From assembly GCA_964448005.1 (NCBI GenBank), contig CAYUUW010000013.1, forward strand, positions 1-35,435: a stretch of 35,435 bases of DNA, written 5' to 3'. Numbering within the stretch: position 1 is the stretch's first letter; each line of letters opens with the position of its first letter. The notes under the pieces are model-generated. The model worked only from the letters and a program-made list of their open reading frames with translations. It had not been told where the DNA came from and ran no database searches. Shown here one piece after another: positions 1 through 7,964 of the stretch. The stretch is from an uncultured Candidatus Peribacteria bacterium (GTDB lineage: Bacteria > Patescibacteriota > Gracilibacteria > UM-FILTER-43-11). The position numbers and the translations under genes were made by a program.

Positions 1-517
1 GGCTGAAGACGTAGATTCGCCTGGCCAGGGGCAGGTTCTTCTCGCCTTTGCTGATCCTGGCCGCTAAATAGAAGAGGTATCCCGCCAGCACATAGAGCAC
101 AAAGCCCAGGGGCAGCGCCAGCAGCATGGAGACGAGCCAGATGGGGAGCCAGCGGTCCATCAGGGAAACGGCATCGGGCATCAGCGGAGCCACCAGGATG
201 TTGCTGATGGCCATCATGGTTCCCACCAGCCACAGGGCCAGCAGCGTGAACTTCTGGTGGTCCTTCTCCAAAAAGTGGGCGATGAAGTGTTTGGGCGAAG
301 TGAGGTAGGCCTTGAGGCTGGGCATCAGCTGGGATTTGAGCATGGGCTTCAGATAGGCCATGCAATCCTTGTAGCTGAGCGCCACGAGAATCGGCGCAAG
401 GGCAAAAATCAGCAATTGGCCCTGAATGCCCTGCGGGGAGAAATTTTCTGGGCCAGCAATAAGAAAATTGTAGCCGAAGCCAAGCGCTATTATGCTGGCG
501 AGTACAAGCAGGACCAT
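1..517 (-). CDS. integral membrane protein, C-terminus beyond the window edge (Yip1-domain-like, tentative)
   Basis: Absent from the ORF track because it is open to the window edge. ATG at 517-515 (minus); I checked that this frame has no stop down to base 1. My translation MVLLVLASIIALGFGYNF...LPIWLVSMLLALPLGFVLYVLAGYLFYLAARISKGEKNLP is dominated by hydrophobic helices. Backbone-like high GC. Confidence 0.5.
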   Translation of the reverse strand, partial: MVLLVLASIIALGFGYNFLIAGPENFSPQGIQGQLLIFALAPILVALSYKDCMAYLKPMLKSQLMPSLKAYLTSPKHFIAHFLEKDHQKFTLLALWLVGTMMAISNILVAPLMPDAVSLMDRWLPIWLVSMLLALPLGFVLYVLAGYLFYLAARISKGEKNLPLARRIYVFS

Positions 518-547
518 GGAATAAAAATTAGGGATAAGATGAGTAAA

Positions 548-1108
548 TCAGGATGGATTTTTTAGATCCGTATTGATCAAAAAGCTGTGGTAGAAAATAG
601 AACGACTGGCGGGGAGATGGTACAGGATCACTATATCTCCCTCGTGGATTCCGCCGCCCCAAAAATAGGAATAAGGCTCCCCATTGCCGTTCGTCTCTCC
701 ATTCAAGTAAATGTTTTGACCTCCGTGAGCGTGGGTTGTGTCAGTCACCTTGCCGATAACCGTAGCAAGACCATGCTGATTATAATAATTCCAATCAGAA
801 AAAAATATGGGCAAAGCCTTTATCTGAATTGGAACGAATGCAACAAGCATTACGACCATGAGCACCTTTAAAAGCCTCTCCTTCTGCTTACGGTAGCCAA
901 CAAGAGCAAAAATGGAAAAAAAGATCAAATAAAAACCAAAGAAATGCTCTAAAAAAAATGTTCCCCATTTGGCCAATATATCAAGCCCGCTTCCGCTGGG
1001 AGTAAAAATATGGGCAAGCCAAAGAGGGACCACAAGAACCAAAAAAATTTTTATCATAGATTCTGCAATCCTTTCAGCCCTATTTGGTGCTCGATCGCCA
1101 TCCGCCAT
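548..1108 (-). CDS. multi-TM membrane protein with small C-terminal soluble domain, paralogue B (immunity-like candidate)
   Basis: 186-aa ORF. Hydrophobic helices IKIFLVLVVPLWLAHIF, FFGFYLIFFSIFALVGY and LMVVMLVAFVPIQI, then a ~90-aa domain. Clear paralogue of the adjacent 199-aa ORF (shared Q.K..P.FF.D..YY.QHG and VTD.TH..GQN.YLNG..Y..F.GGGI...D.V.LY.LP.S..IFY). Low GC; 10-nt gap to the upstream gene. Confidence 0.6.
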   Translation of the reverse strand: MADGDRAPNRAERIAESMIKIFLVLVVPLWLAHIFTPSGSGLDILAKWGTFFLEHFFGFYLIFFSIFALVGYRKQKERLLKVLMVVMLVAFVPIQIKALPIFFSDWNYYNQHGLATVIGKVTDTTHAHGGQNIYLNGETNGNGEPYSYFWGGGIHEGDIVILYHLPASRSIFYHSFLINTDLKNPS

Positions 1109-1118
1109 CGATTGTTCG

Positions 1119-1718
1119 TTAAAGAGTTTGCTCTGAACCCATGCCTTGTATTTTTTCTGTCCCTAATTCTTCTTCAGCTTCCAGAAGTTCGTAGTAGAAA
1201 ATGAAATGGCTTTTGGGCAGGGTGTACAGGGTCACCTGATCGGTTAGCTCGATTCCGCCGCCAAAAAAATTCCCATAGGCCATCCCACCCTTCCTCTTGT
1301 CGCCATTCAGATAAACGTTCTGGCCGAAGCCTCTGGAGTAGTGCGTCAAATCAGTAACTGTTCCTGATACTTCGTAAAAACCATGCTGCTCATAATATTC
1401 AATGTCTTTGAAAAATACAGGATAATATTTTAGCTGTAGAAAAATCATTGCAATAAGAAGGCCGATAGCCAAAAGCTTTCCCGTACGGTCATTGTCTCGA
1501 CGATGGTCTATTAGATAGGTGATTGAAAGTACAATCATGAGCGAGAAACCAAAATGCCCCAATCCAAAGGTGGCCCATCTCAGCGGAACGATGGACGGAT
1601 TTGTGGAGGACCAGAAAAGATTTGCCACAACGAAACCTCCAATAATGATGATATAGAGATAAAAGATCCTTGTAGCGACCTTACCATCCCTCCTGGTTGA
1701 TTGAGTCAATTCTGTCAT
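1119..1718 (-). CDS. multi-TM membrane protein with small C-terminal soluble domain, paralogue A (immunity-like candidate)
   Basis: 199-aa ORF. Its ATG overlaps the stop of the 841-aa ORF (ATGA at 1715-1718), implying translational coupling. Same architecture and motifs as the 186-aa paralogue. Low GC. Confidence 0.65.
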   Translation of the reverse strand: MTELTQSTRRDGKVATRIFYLYIIIIGGFVVANLFWSSTNPSIVPLRWATFGLGHFGFSLMIVLSITYLIDHRRDNDRTGKLLAIGLLIAMIFLQLKYYPVFFKDIEYYEQHGFYEVSGTVTDLTHYSRGFGQNVYLNGDKRKGGMAYGNFFGGGIELTDQVTLYTLPKSHFIFYYELLEAEEELGTEKIQGMGSEQTL

Positions 1719-4240
1719 TTTTTCTTACTGAAAGGATTAAGGGATTGTAAGAAGGTGCCCACCTTTTCTTTGACAGTTTTTTTGGCAGAAGCATTCTGTA
1801 AGGCTGTCTTAGTTTGATCCAATACAATAGATGTTGCTGTGGAAAGGGCTGTTTTCTTATAATTCTCCACCACGTCTCCCACGATGGCCTTTGCGGCCGT
1901 ATTGCCCGTCATTTTTTTGGCCGTATTATTGGTGAGTTTGGTGATGATCTGGTTGCCAATGCCTGTCAGTTTATTTTTAAATTTAGAGGGCTCGGGGCCA
2001 ATGGAAGCAAGGGCGCCAGATGAAAATGCGCCGAGGTAATTAATTTCTTCACTAGAATTCGTAATATCACTGACTGTTTCTTGTATCAATCCTTCAATTC
2101 CCCCAACAATCCCTTTTTTCATTCTACTGTCCGCAGGGCTTGAAACCACTCCGCTAAAGAAACCTGAAATCATCTTACCAGCATAAGTAGCGGCCGAAGC
2201 AGCGCCAGTAAGCGTATCATCTACCATTTGCCCAATGGTCGATGCAATAGCCCCTCCTGTTCCTTTGATGATGGCGATTTTAGCAGTATTGAGCGATTGA
2301 CCAGCGAATTGGGCAATCTTCAGCGAAGCCACGGCTGCGCCGCCGGCCACCATGTTGCCGATCTCCTTGGTGCCATGCAGCAGCGTGTTGGCCAAGCCGC
2401 CTGGCTTCGTCACTGCATTGATTCCTTGGCTCATGTAGCTCCAATTCCTTTCCACCACCGCCTTTTTGGGGTCGCCGAACAGGTTCTGGAAGCCCGAGAC
2501 GATGTTGCCCAAGCCGGCGCCCAGATTGTCCGTTCCAAAAGCCACTGCAGTAGCCCCTACCGGCGCACCCACCGCTGTGGAAGTCAGCCCCAGGCCAAAG
2601 GCCGTCTGCACGCCGCCCACCAGCATATTCCAGCTCCCGGAGCCCAGCTGCTTGATTCCCTCCACCCGTCGAGGCTCGGTGACCCAATCCTTGGCTTTTC
2701 CGAAAAAGCCCTTCTCCTCCTCCAGCACCTTGCTGGGCGGAATGGCGATCACTCCTTGCTTTTGGGCGCTGCGCAGGAAGCCCAAGCCTTCGGTCAGGCT
2801 CCCCAGCCCTTTGCTGACCAGGCTGGAGAGCGAGAATTCGGTTTTGGGGACGCTGGCCTTCGGGGCTGCCGCAAGAGGCGCTTTTTGGGGCGCCGGGGCC
2901 GAGCCTGCGCAAAGGCCCGAAGCGCAGGGCAATGCGTAGGGCTGGCTTCCGTAGCCCTCGGCCAGCACGGAGATTTGCCCCATGGAGCCTTTGCCGCCCA
3001 GCGACTTCACCAGCGTTCCGGCCGGGAAATCCCAGCAGCCTGCGGCGGAGCAGCCCTTGACGCCTTTCGGCAGAAAGGCGATCGGCCCGGGAGCTTGGTC
3101 CCAGGCGGATTGGGCCTCCAGGCGTCCGCCGTCCTCCGGGGGCGGGGGAACAAACGGTTCGGGCAAGGGCTGGGGCTGCGCAGGGTCAACAGGATCCTGG
3201 GCTTCTGCCAGCGGATCGGGGAAGGGAAGGGGATTTTCCGGATCCTCCTCCGGCCATTCAGGCTCCGCTGGCGGCAGGAACATCGCATTCTCCTCCAGGC
3301 TGTTCACCGTGGGGTCGGCCACCGGATCCGGCGAAATGGGGGCGTACAGCGAGCTCAGCGAAAAGTAGCGCGCCGCCTCGGCCCGGCTGAGCGGCTGCAT
3401 CAGCCATTGCGCCCGCTGCTGCGGGTAAATGAGCCCCTGCTGCTCAAAAAGCTGGCACTGGGACCCGAAGAAATCCAGAAGGTCCGCCAGCAGGGCGTAG
3501 GCCAACAGGCGCTGGGAATCCTCGGTGACCCCGCCGTTCAGGGCCAAAAGATCGAGCTCCGCGCCCTGGAGGCACTTGGGCTGGAAGGAGCCCCGAGAGG
3601 CCGCCAGGCTCTCCAACAGGGAAAATTTTGGGTCCTGGGCCGGGTCCACATAGCCGCTGTCGGTCAGCAGCATCTTGAAGGCGTGGGCCCGCAGGATCGG
3701 GTCGTTAGGACGAAAAACGCGCTGCTCGGCGGAGCCCTCGTAGCCCTTCACAAAGCCGCTGTCCGCCGCGAAGTAGACGAAGCGGGAGAACCAGGGCTGG
3801 CAGCCGCGGTAGCCTTCGGTCTGCAGCAGGCACGCAGGATCGCCCTCCGGCACGTCGGCGAAAGGAAGGCCTCCTATCTTTTGGCATGCGCCCGCGGAGC
3901 AGTTGAAGTGGCCGCCCAGATGCTCGGCCAGAAGCTGCTCCATCTGCAGGGCGCTCTTGCCGGCCCAGCCTTCGGCCTGGCCGTAGGCCTCCGCCAGCCG
4001 AACCACCGTGGCCAGCTTGGCCATTTCGGCCCGGTTCAGGCTGTCCCAGGGGCGAAAAGTCCCCGTCTCCCGCCCCAGCATGGAATCGCCGGAAAGCAGG
4101 TGCTGGTCCCGGAGCGACTGGATGTAGGGGGAAAAAAGCTCATCCGGCTCCACGTCGCCAAAAGAGGCCGCTTGAGCCAAGGGCGAAAGGAACAAGGTCA
4201 GAATGAGCGGAAGGGCCGGGTTGCGAAGGAGGTTCCTCAT
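1715..4240 (-). CDS. secreted SLH-domain protein with Pro-rich linker and Gly/Ala/Ser/Thr-rich C-terminal module
   Basis: 841-aa ORF. Signal-peptide-like N-terminus (PLILTLFLSPLAQAASF). SLH-like repeats (FGDV...GTFRPWDSLNRAEMAKLATVV; FADVPEGD...RVFRPNDPILRAHAFKMLL). Pro/Glu linker (PPAEPEWPEEDPENPLPFPDP...PPPPEDGG). C-terminal ~330 aa has small-xxx-small runs (GLGLTSTAVGAPVGATAVAFGTDNLGAGLGNIVSG, GNMVAGGAAVASL, IKGTGGAIASTIG). Confidence 0.8.
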   Translation of the reverse strand: MRNLLRNPALPLILTLFLSPLAQAASFGDVEPDELFSPYIQSLRDQHLLSGDSMLGRETGTFRPWDSLNRAEMAKLATVVRLAEAYGQAEGWAGKSALQMEQLLAEHLGGHFNCSAGACQKIGGLPFADVPEGDPACLLQTEGYRGCQPWFSRFVYFAADSGFVKGYEGSAEQRVFRPNDPILRAHAFKMLLTDSGYVDPAQDPKFSLLESLAASRGSFQPKCLQGAELDLLALNGGVTEDSQRLLAYALLADLLDFFGSQCQLFEQQGLIYPQQRAQWLMQPLSRAEAARYFSLSSLYAPISPDPVADPTVNSLEENAMFLPPAEPEWPEEDPENPLPFPDPLAEAQDPVDPAQPQPLPEPFVPPPPEDGGRLEAQSAWDQAPGPIAFLPKGVKGCSAAGCWDFPAGTLVKSLGGKGSMGQISVLAEGYGSQPYALPCASGLCAGSAPAPQKAPLAAAPKASVPKTEFSLSSLVSKGLGSLTEGLGFLRSAQKQGVIAIPPSKVLEEEKGFFGKAKDWVTEPRRVEGIKQLGSGSWNMLVGGVQTAFGLGLTSTAVGAPVGATAVAFGTDNLGAGLGNIVSGFQNLFGDPKKAVVERNWSYMSQGINAVTKPGGLANTLLHGTKEIGNMVAGGAAVASLKIAQFAGQSLNTAKIAIIKGTGGAIASTIGQMVDDTLTGAASAATYAGKMISGFFSGVVSSPADSRMKKGIVGGIEGLIQETVSDITNSSEEINYLGAFSSGALASIGPEPSKFKNKLTGIGNQIITKLTNNTAKKMTGNTAAKAIVGDVVENYKKTALSTATSIVLDQTKTALQNASAKKTVKEKVGTFLQSLNPFSKKK

Positions 4241-4441
4241 GCGCCAGGGGGTGGGAAGGGTGGAAGGCTTGTCCGCCGAAGCATCGGCGAAGGAGGGCGA
4301 ATGGAGGAGGGCCTGCCCCCTGTAGCCTTGGCGAAAGGGGGTTGGGCCTCATCATAGCCACCCTTCTCTAGGGCGTCAAGAAAAACCGGCAAAAAGGACG
4401 CCGTAGGACCCCTGGCCTCGTCGCTCGCCTTCAGCGAAGGC

Positions 4442-4945
4442 CTACATCTGGCGGCTGTCGTAGGCCCAGTGCAGAAGGGCTTGGCGCTGCTTTTTGCGGC
4501 ATTCCAGATTCCCGCGCTCGCAGTGCTTTTTGATTTGGGCGATATGGCGCCTCATCGCTTTCCAGCGCTTGATCTGGCGGGCATCGTCGTCCGATCGTCT
4601 CCCCAGGTAATAGCGGCAGTACCACTGGAACCAGCCCCGAGGATCCTCCCAATGGATCCAATCCTTCTTTCGCCAGTAGTCCAGGGGCTTGGAGGCGTTG
4701 ACGCCGAAAAAATTCAGGCTGGGGTCATGCCGCTCGGCGCAGAGCCTGGCCTTTTTAAACCAGGAAGCCGGAAACTCGGCCCTGCAGTCGGTCATGTATT
4801 TTCCGCCGAAAACGCCCAATTCCAGCATCTGCTTGGGCGTGAGCTCAGGCTTGAACTCAGGGTCGAAATTTCGCCCCGCCGGCTCAGCCAGAAAGTAGCG
4901 GTAGCCCTTTTGCATCCGGTCGTGGACGACCACTCTTCGCTGCAT
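4442..4945 (-). CDS. conserved hypothetical protein (Trp/Arg-rich, family not recognised)
   Basis: 167-aa ORF with protein-like composition and conserved-looking motifs (GVFGGKYM, DPRGWFQWYCRYYLGRR, RWKAMRRH). The overlapping plus-strand ORFs are Arg/Pro/Ala-rich, typical of antisense frames in GC-rich DNA. Confidence 0.65.
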   Translation of the reverse strand: MQRRVVVHDRMQKGYRYFLAEPAGRNFDPEFKPELTPKQMLELGVFGGKYMTDCRAEFPASWFKKARLCAERHDPSLNFFGVNASKPLDYWRKKDWIHWEDPRGWFQWYCRYYLGRRSDDDARQIKRWKAMRRHIAQIKKHCERGNLECRKKQRQALLHWAYDSRQM

Positions 4946-4992
4946 GGATATGTTTGGCTAAGGGCTTTGCCTTGGGAATGCCGGACTTCAGC

Positions 4993-5373
4993 TCAGGAGG
5001 CCCAGGCGAAATAGGCAAAGACCAGGCCGAGCAAGAAAGCGAAAGCGCCGTACCCGTAGAAGTTCTTCTTGGTCAGCACTTCCATCGAGATCTTTGCCAT
5101 CTTCTCCGGGAAAATGATCATCGACAGTCCTTTGAGGGTGGCGATCCAGCCGAAAAGCGTCACCAGCACAGGCCATCCGCTCCACACATTGTGGAAGCTG
5201 ACGATCGAAAAGCCAATCACCAGCGTGATCACCGGAGCGAAATAGGCCATGGTGTGGTTCTTGAAGGCCTTCTGGAAAACCTGGCGGTAGTAGTCGGCGC
5301 TCACGATCATGCCCAGGCCCACAGCCAAATAGACTACGGCCAACAGTCGAAGCACAAAGGCAGTGGTGTCCAT
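4993..5373 (-). CDS. small integral membrane protein
   Basis: From the 146-aa ORF 4993..5433. I prefer the internal ATG at 5373 (MDTTAFVLRLLAVVYLAVGLG...) because the first 20 codons are Lys/Asn-rich and not hydrophobic. About four predicted helices. Confidence 0.55.
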   Translation of the reverse strand: MDTTAFVLRLLAVVYLAVGLGMIVSADYYRQVFQKAFKNHTMAYFAPVITLVIGFSIVSFHNVWSGWPVLVTLFGWIATLKGLSMIIFPEKMAKISMEVLTKKNFYGYGAFAFLLGLVFAYFAWAS

Positions 5374-5495
5374 GCTTTTTTTGTTTTTATTGGATATTGC
5401 CCCTATTCTAACACAGACTGCGTTTTTCCGCAATTGACGCTGCCCTGCGGGAAGCCTAGAATGGGCGCATTAAGCATCCTTTAACCTTTACCCTT

Positions 5496-5741
5496 ATGAA
5501 AGGTGGCAACAGCGCCTTCTGCATTCCCTCCGCGACTCTTCTGCTTATCGGCGGCTTGAACTGGGGCCTTCAGGGCCTTGGCATGCTGGTGGGCCGGAAC
5601 CTGAATCTGGTCAGCCTGCTTTTGGGCAAATGGCCCGTTGCAGAGGCCATCGTCTACATCCTGGTCGGTCTGGCTGCCTGCAAGGTCCTGGCTTTTGTGG
5701 CTATGGGCAAGGATTGCTGCGGAAGCTGCGAAAGCAAGTAG
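5496..5741 (+). CDS. DUF378 family small membrane protein
   Basis: 81 aa. The LLLIGGLNWGLQGL signature followed by a second helix (IVYILVGLAAC) matches the DUF378 pattern I know (e.g. ..IGAINWGLIG..). Followed by a clean terminator. Confidence 0.8.
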   Translation: MKGGNSAFCIPSATLLLIGGLNWGLQGLGMLVGRNLNLVSLLLGKWPVAEAIVYILVGLAACKVLAFVAMGKDCCGSCESK

Positions 5742-5770
5742 TCCGGGCTTCGCCTCTCCACTCCGAAATG

Positions 5771-5804
5771 AAAACCCCTTCGGCCTGCGCCGGAGGGGTT
5801 TTTT
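5771..5804. terminator. rho-independent terminator, probably bidirectional
   Basis: Stem ccccttcgg (5775-5783) pairs with ccggagggg (5790-5798): 9 bp including one G-U. 6-nt loop, then TTTTTT (5799-5804). Preceded by AAAA, so the minus strand also reads hairpin plus T-run. Lies between convergent DUF378 (+) and zf-UBP (-) genes. Confidence 0.7.
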
Positions 5805-5868
5805 GATCGTGGCCAGGAGGGTGGAAATGTCCCACATCCCATCCGGAGAAATATCGCCGACCCGAAAA

Positions 5869-6171
5869 TCAGCGGTCCAGAAGAATGGGGGGCATCTGGG
5901 CATCCATGGCTTGGGCCTCCTGCACGTAGTCGTTGTCCAAATAGCACCAGAGCCAATCCGAATCGTAGCCGTGGATGATGGGGTGGCCGCTCTCCTGGAA
6001 ATGCTGGCGGGCATGGCGGTTCTTGGACGAATCGCAGCAGCCCATGTGGCCGCAGGTCTTGCACAGGCGCACCTTCACCCAGCTGTCGCCGGTCTTCAGG
6101 CAGTCCTGGCAGCCCTTGGCCTGAGGCTCAACGGGTCTCATCTGGTCCAAATGGAGGCAGTGGGTCGCCAT
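5869..6171 (-). CDS. UBP-type zinc-finger domain protein
   Basis: From ORF 5869..6213, with start moved to the ATG at 6171 (MATHCLHLDQ...). Cys/His pattern CQDCLKTGDSWVKVRLCKTCGHMGCCDSSKNRHARQHFQESGHPI is typical of stand-alone bacterial zf-UBP proteins of ~100 aa. Confidence 0.85.
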   Translation of the reverse strand: MATHCLHLDQMRPVEPQAKGCQDCLKTGDSWVKVRLCKTCGHMGCCDSSKNRHARQHFQESGHPIIHGYDSDWLWCYLDNDYVQEAQAMDAQMPPILLDR

Positions 6172-6312
6172 ATGCTTAAGCTTAGGAAATAAGCGGCAAG
6201 CCGAGTGTAGCAAAAAGCCTTCCGTTCGTCAGCCGTGGGCTGAAAAACAGGCCCGCCAGATTGATTTTTGGACCCTTTTATGATAAAATGAAAGGATTTT
6301 AAGCCCAAACGG

Positions 6313-7056
6313 ATGGAGAGCCCCCTCATGGACATTGCCGGTTCGCTGCAAGGCGCCGTTCAGGCCAAATACCTCGCCTTTGTCGACAGCGCCCCCCTGT
6401 TTCTGGGCGCAGCCGCCGTGCTATTGCTGGGCTTGGCCCTGGCCGAGCTGGCCTACCGGCTGGTCTTGGCGCTCTCGTCCAGGCTCCGCATCGAATCCCT
6501 TTCCCGAAAGCTCGGCCTCAGTCCCTTTCTGGAAAGGCACAAGGTGGGGGCCAGCTCCTCCAAAGTTGTCGCCCAATCCCTCAAGGGCTATCTGATCTTC
6601 CTCTTCTTCGTGGAATCGACCAAAATCGCCGGCTTCTACCAGGTCTCGGATTTTTTGGACACGGTGATGGGATACCTGCCGGACATGGTCGTGGCGGCGC
6701 TGATCATGCTGGCGGCCCTCAATGTGGCCAGCGGCGTCAGCACGCTCATCCGCACTTCGCTCAGCTTCACGCGCTCCACCACGGCCAATGTGCTGGGAAT
6801 CGCCGCCAAATACGCCATTCTCACCTTTGCCGTCCTGGCGGCGCTTTCCCAGCTGGAGATCGCTCCGATCCTCATCCAGACCCTGTTCGTTGGCTTTGTG
6901 GCCATGCTGACCTTGGCCGGAGGCCTGGCTTTCGGCCTGGGCGGCAAGGATGTGGTCCGGGAGCTGCTGGAGGCGATCAAGAAAGTGGAGATCCGCGAAT
7001 ACCAAAAATCCCTCGCCGAGCAGAGGCAGGAGACCCGGGAGGAAACTGTCCGCTAG
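6313..7056 (+). CDS. membrane protein with repeated TM helices (conserved-TM-helix / mechanosensitive-channel-like, tentative)
   Basis: 247-aa ORF with several long hydrophobic helices separated by short loops, and a charged C-terminal tail (KKVEIREYQKSLAEQRQETREE). The start could also be the ATG at 6328. Its stop overlaps the xth stop in a CTAG. Confidence 0.6.
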   Translation: MESPLMDIAGSLQGAVQAKYLAFVDSAPLFLGAAAVLLLGLALAELAYRLVLALSSRLRIESLSRKLGLSPFLERHKVGASSSKVVAQSLKGYLIFLFFVESTKIAGFYQVSDFLDTVMGYLPDMVVAALIMLAALNVASGVSTLIRTSLSFTRSTTANVLGIAAKYAILTFAVLAALSQLEIAPILIQTLFVGFVAMLTLAGGLAFGLGGKDVVRELLEAIKKVEIREYQKSLAEQRQETREETVR

Positions 7057-7820
7057 CAGGCCATCACGATTCCCGTGGGGCAATGGTCCGAGCCCTGCAC
7101 CTCCGGCAGAATGAAGCCATCGCTCAGCAAAGGCAGAAGCTCTTTTTGCAGAAAGAAGTAGTCGATCCTCCAGCCCACGTTGCGGGGGCGGGCGCCGGCC
7201 CGCAGCGACCACCAGGTGTAGAGCCCCGGCTCGGGGCGGAACTGGCGAAGCGCGTCCGCATAGCCCCTGGCGACCATTCGGTCCATCCATTCCCGCTCGA
7301 TGGGAAGGAACCCGGAAATGCTTTCATTCTCCTTGGGGCGGGCCAGATCGATGGGGTGATGGGCCGTGTTCACGTCCCCGCAGAAGACAATCCTCTTTCC
7401 CTTTTCGCGCCAGGACTCAATATGCTTGAGGAAGGCCTCGTAGAATTCCATCTTGTACAGGAGGCGCTCGTCGCTGGCCTTGCCGTTGGGGAAATAGACA
7501 TTGAAGAGCAGGAACTCCGGGAATTCGGTCATCAGTACCCGCCCTTCCTGGTCGAATTTGGGGATTCCGAAGCCCTCCTGCACGGAAAGGGGCTTCGCTT
7601 TGGTGTAGGTGGCCACGCCGCTGTAGCCCGCCTTGCTGGAGCAGGAATTGAAAAAGGAATGGTAGCCTTCCGGATGGGTGAGCTCGAATCCCAGCTGGTC
7701 GGGGTGGGCCTTGGTTTCCTGCAGGCAAAGCACGTCCGGGGATTCCTTGGCCACCCACTCCAGAAAGCCTTTCTTGGCCACGGCGCGCAGTCCGTTCACG
7801 TTCCAGCTGATCAGCCTCAT
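7053..7820 (-). CDS. xth: exodeoxyribonuclease III
   Basis: From ORF 7053..7862, with start moved to the ATG at 7820 (MRLISWNVNGLRAV...). Motifs LCLQETK, FCGDVNTAH, WWSLRAGARPRNVGWRIDYF and SDHCP are typical of the Xth/APE1 EEP family. Confidence 0.9.
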   Translation of the reverse strand: MRLISWNVNGLRAVAKKGFLEWVAKESPDVLCLQETKAHPDQLGFELTHPEGYHSFFNSCSSKAGYSGVATYTKAKPLSVQEGFGIPKFDQEGRVLMTEFPEFLLFNVYFPNGKASDERLLYKMEFYEAFLKHIESWREKGKRIVFCGDVNTAHHPIDLARPKENESISGFLPIEREWMDRMVARGYADALRQFRPEPGLYTWWSLRAGARPRNVGWRIDYFFLQKELLPLLSDGFILPEVQGSDHCPTGIVMAC

Positions 7821-7964
7821 GCTTGTTGGGGTTGGGTTCGCGGGCCATTGTAGCACCCTCAAGGATAGGTGAGGAGGGCTGGAATTGAGCAGCGAAGCTT
7901 TCAGCCGGCCTTATTTTATGCTAAAATTAAACGACACACGTTGGAGCACCCCACCCCCCAGAGC

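Noticed and set aside
2228-4357. 709-aa plus-strand ORF, the longest on that strand
   Set aside because: It is entirely antisense to the SLH-protein gene in 65% GC DNA. The translation is Arg/Gly/Ala/Leu-rich low-complexity with no motifs, whereas the minus-strand frame has a signal peptide and SLH repeats. This is a typical stop-poor antisense frame.
5700-5741. Cys-rich tail (GKDCCGSCESK) on the DUF378 protein
   Set aside because: It is unusual relative to the DUF378 proteins I remember, but five residues are too little to infer metal binding or lipidation.
7053-7056. Convergent genes sharing overlapping stop codons in a CTAG palindrome
   Set aside because: It is real but trivial. Such 4-nt convergent overlaps are common in compact genomes and imply nothing by themselves.
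6421-7853. 289-aa (minus) and 256-aa (plus) ORFs overlapping the TM-helix protein and xth genes
   Set aside because: Both are antisense partners of genes with clear motifs or hydrophobic helices, and both have Arg/Gly/Pro-rich composition.
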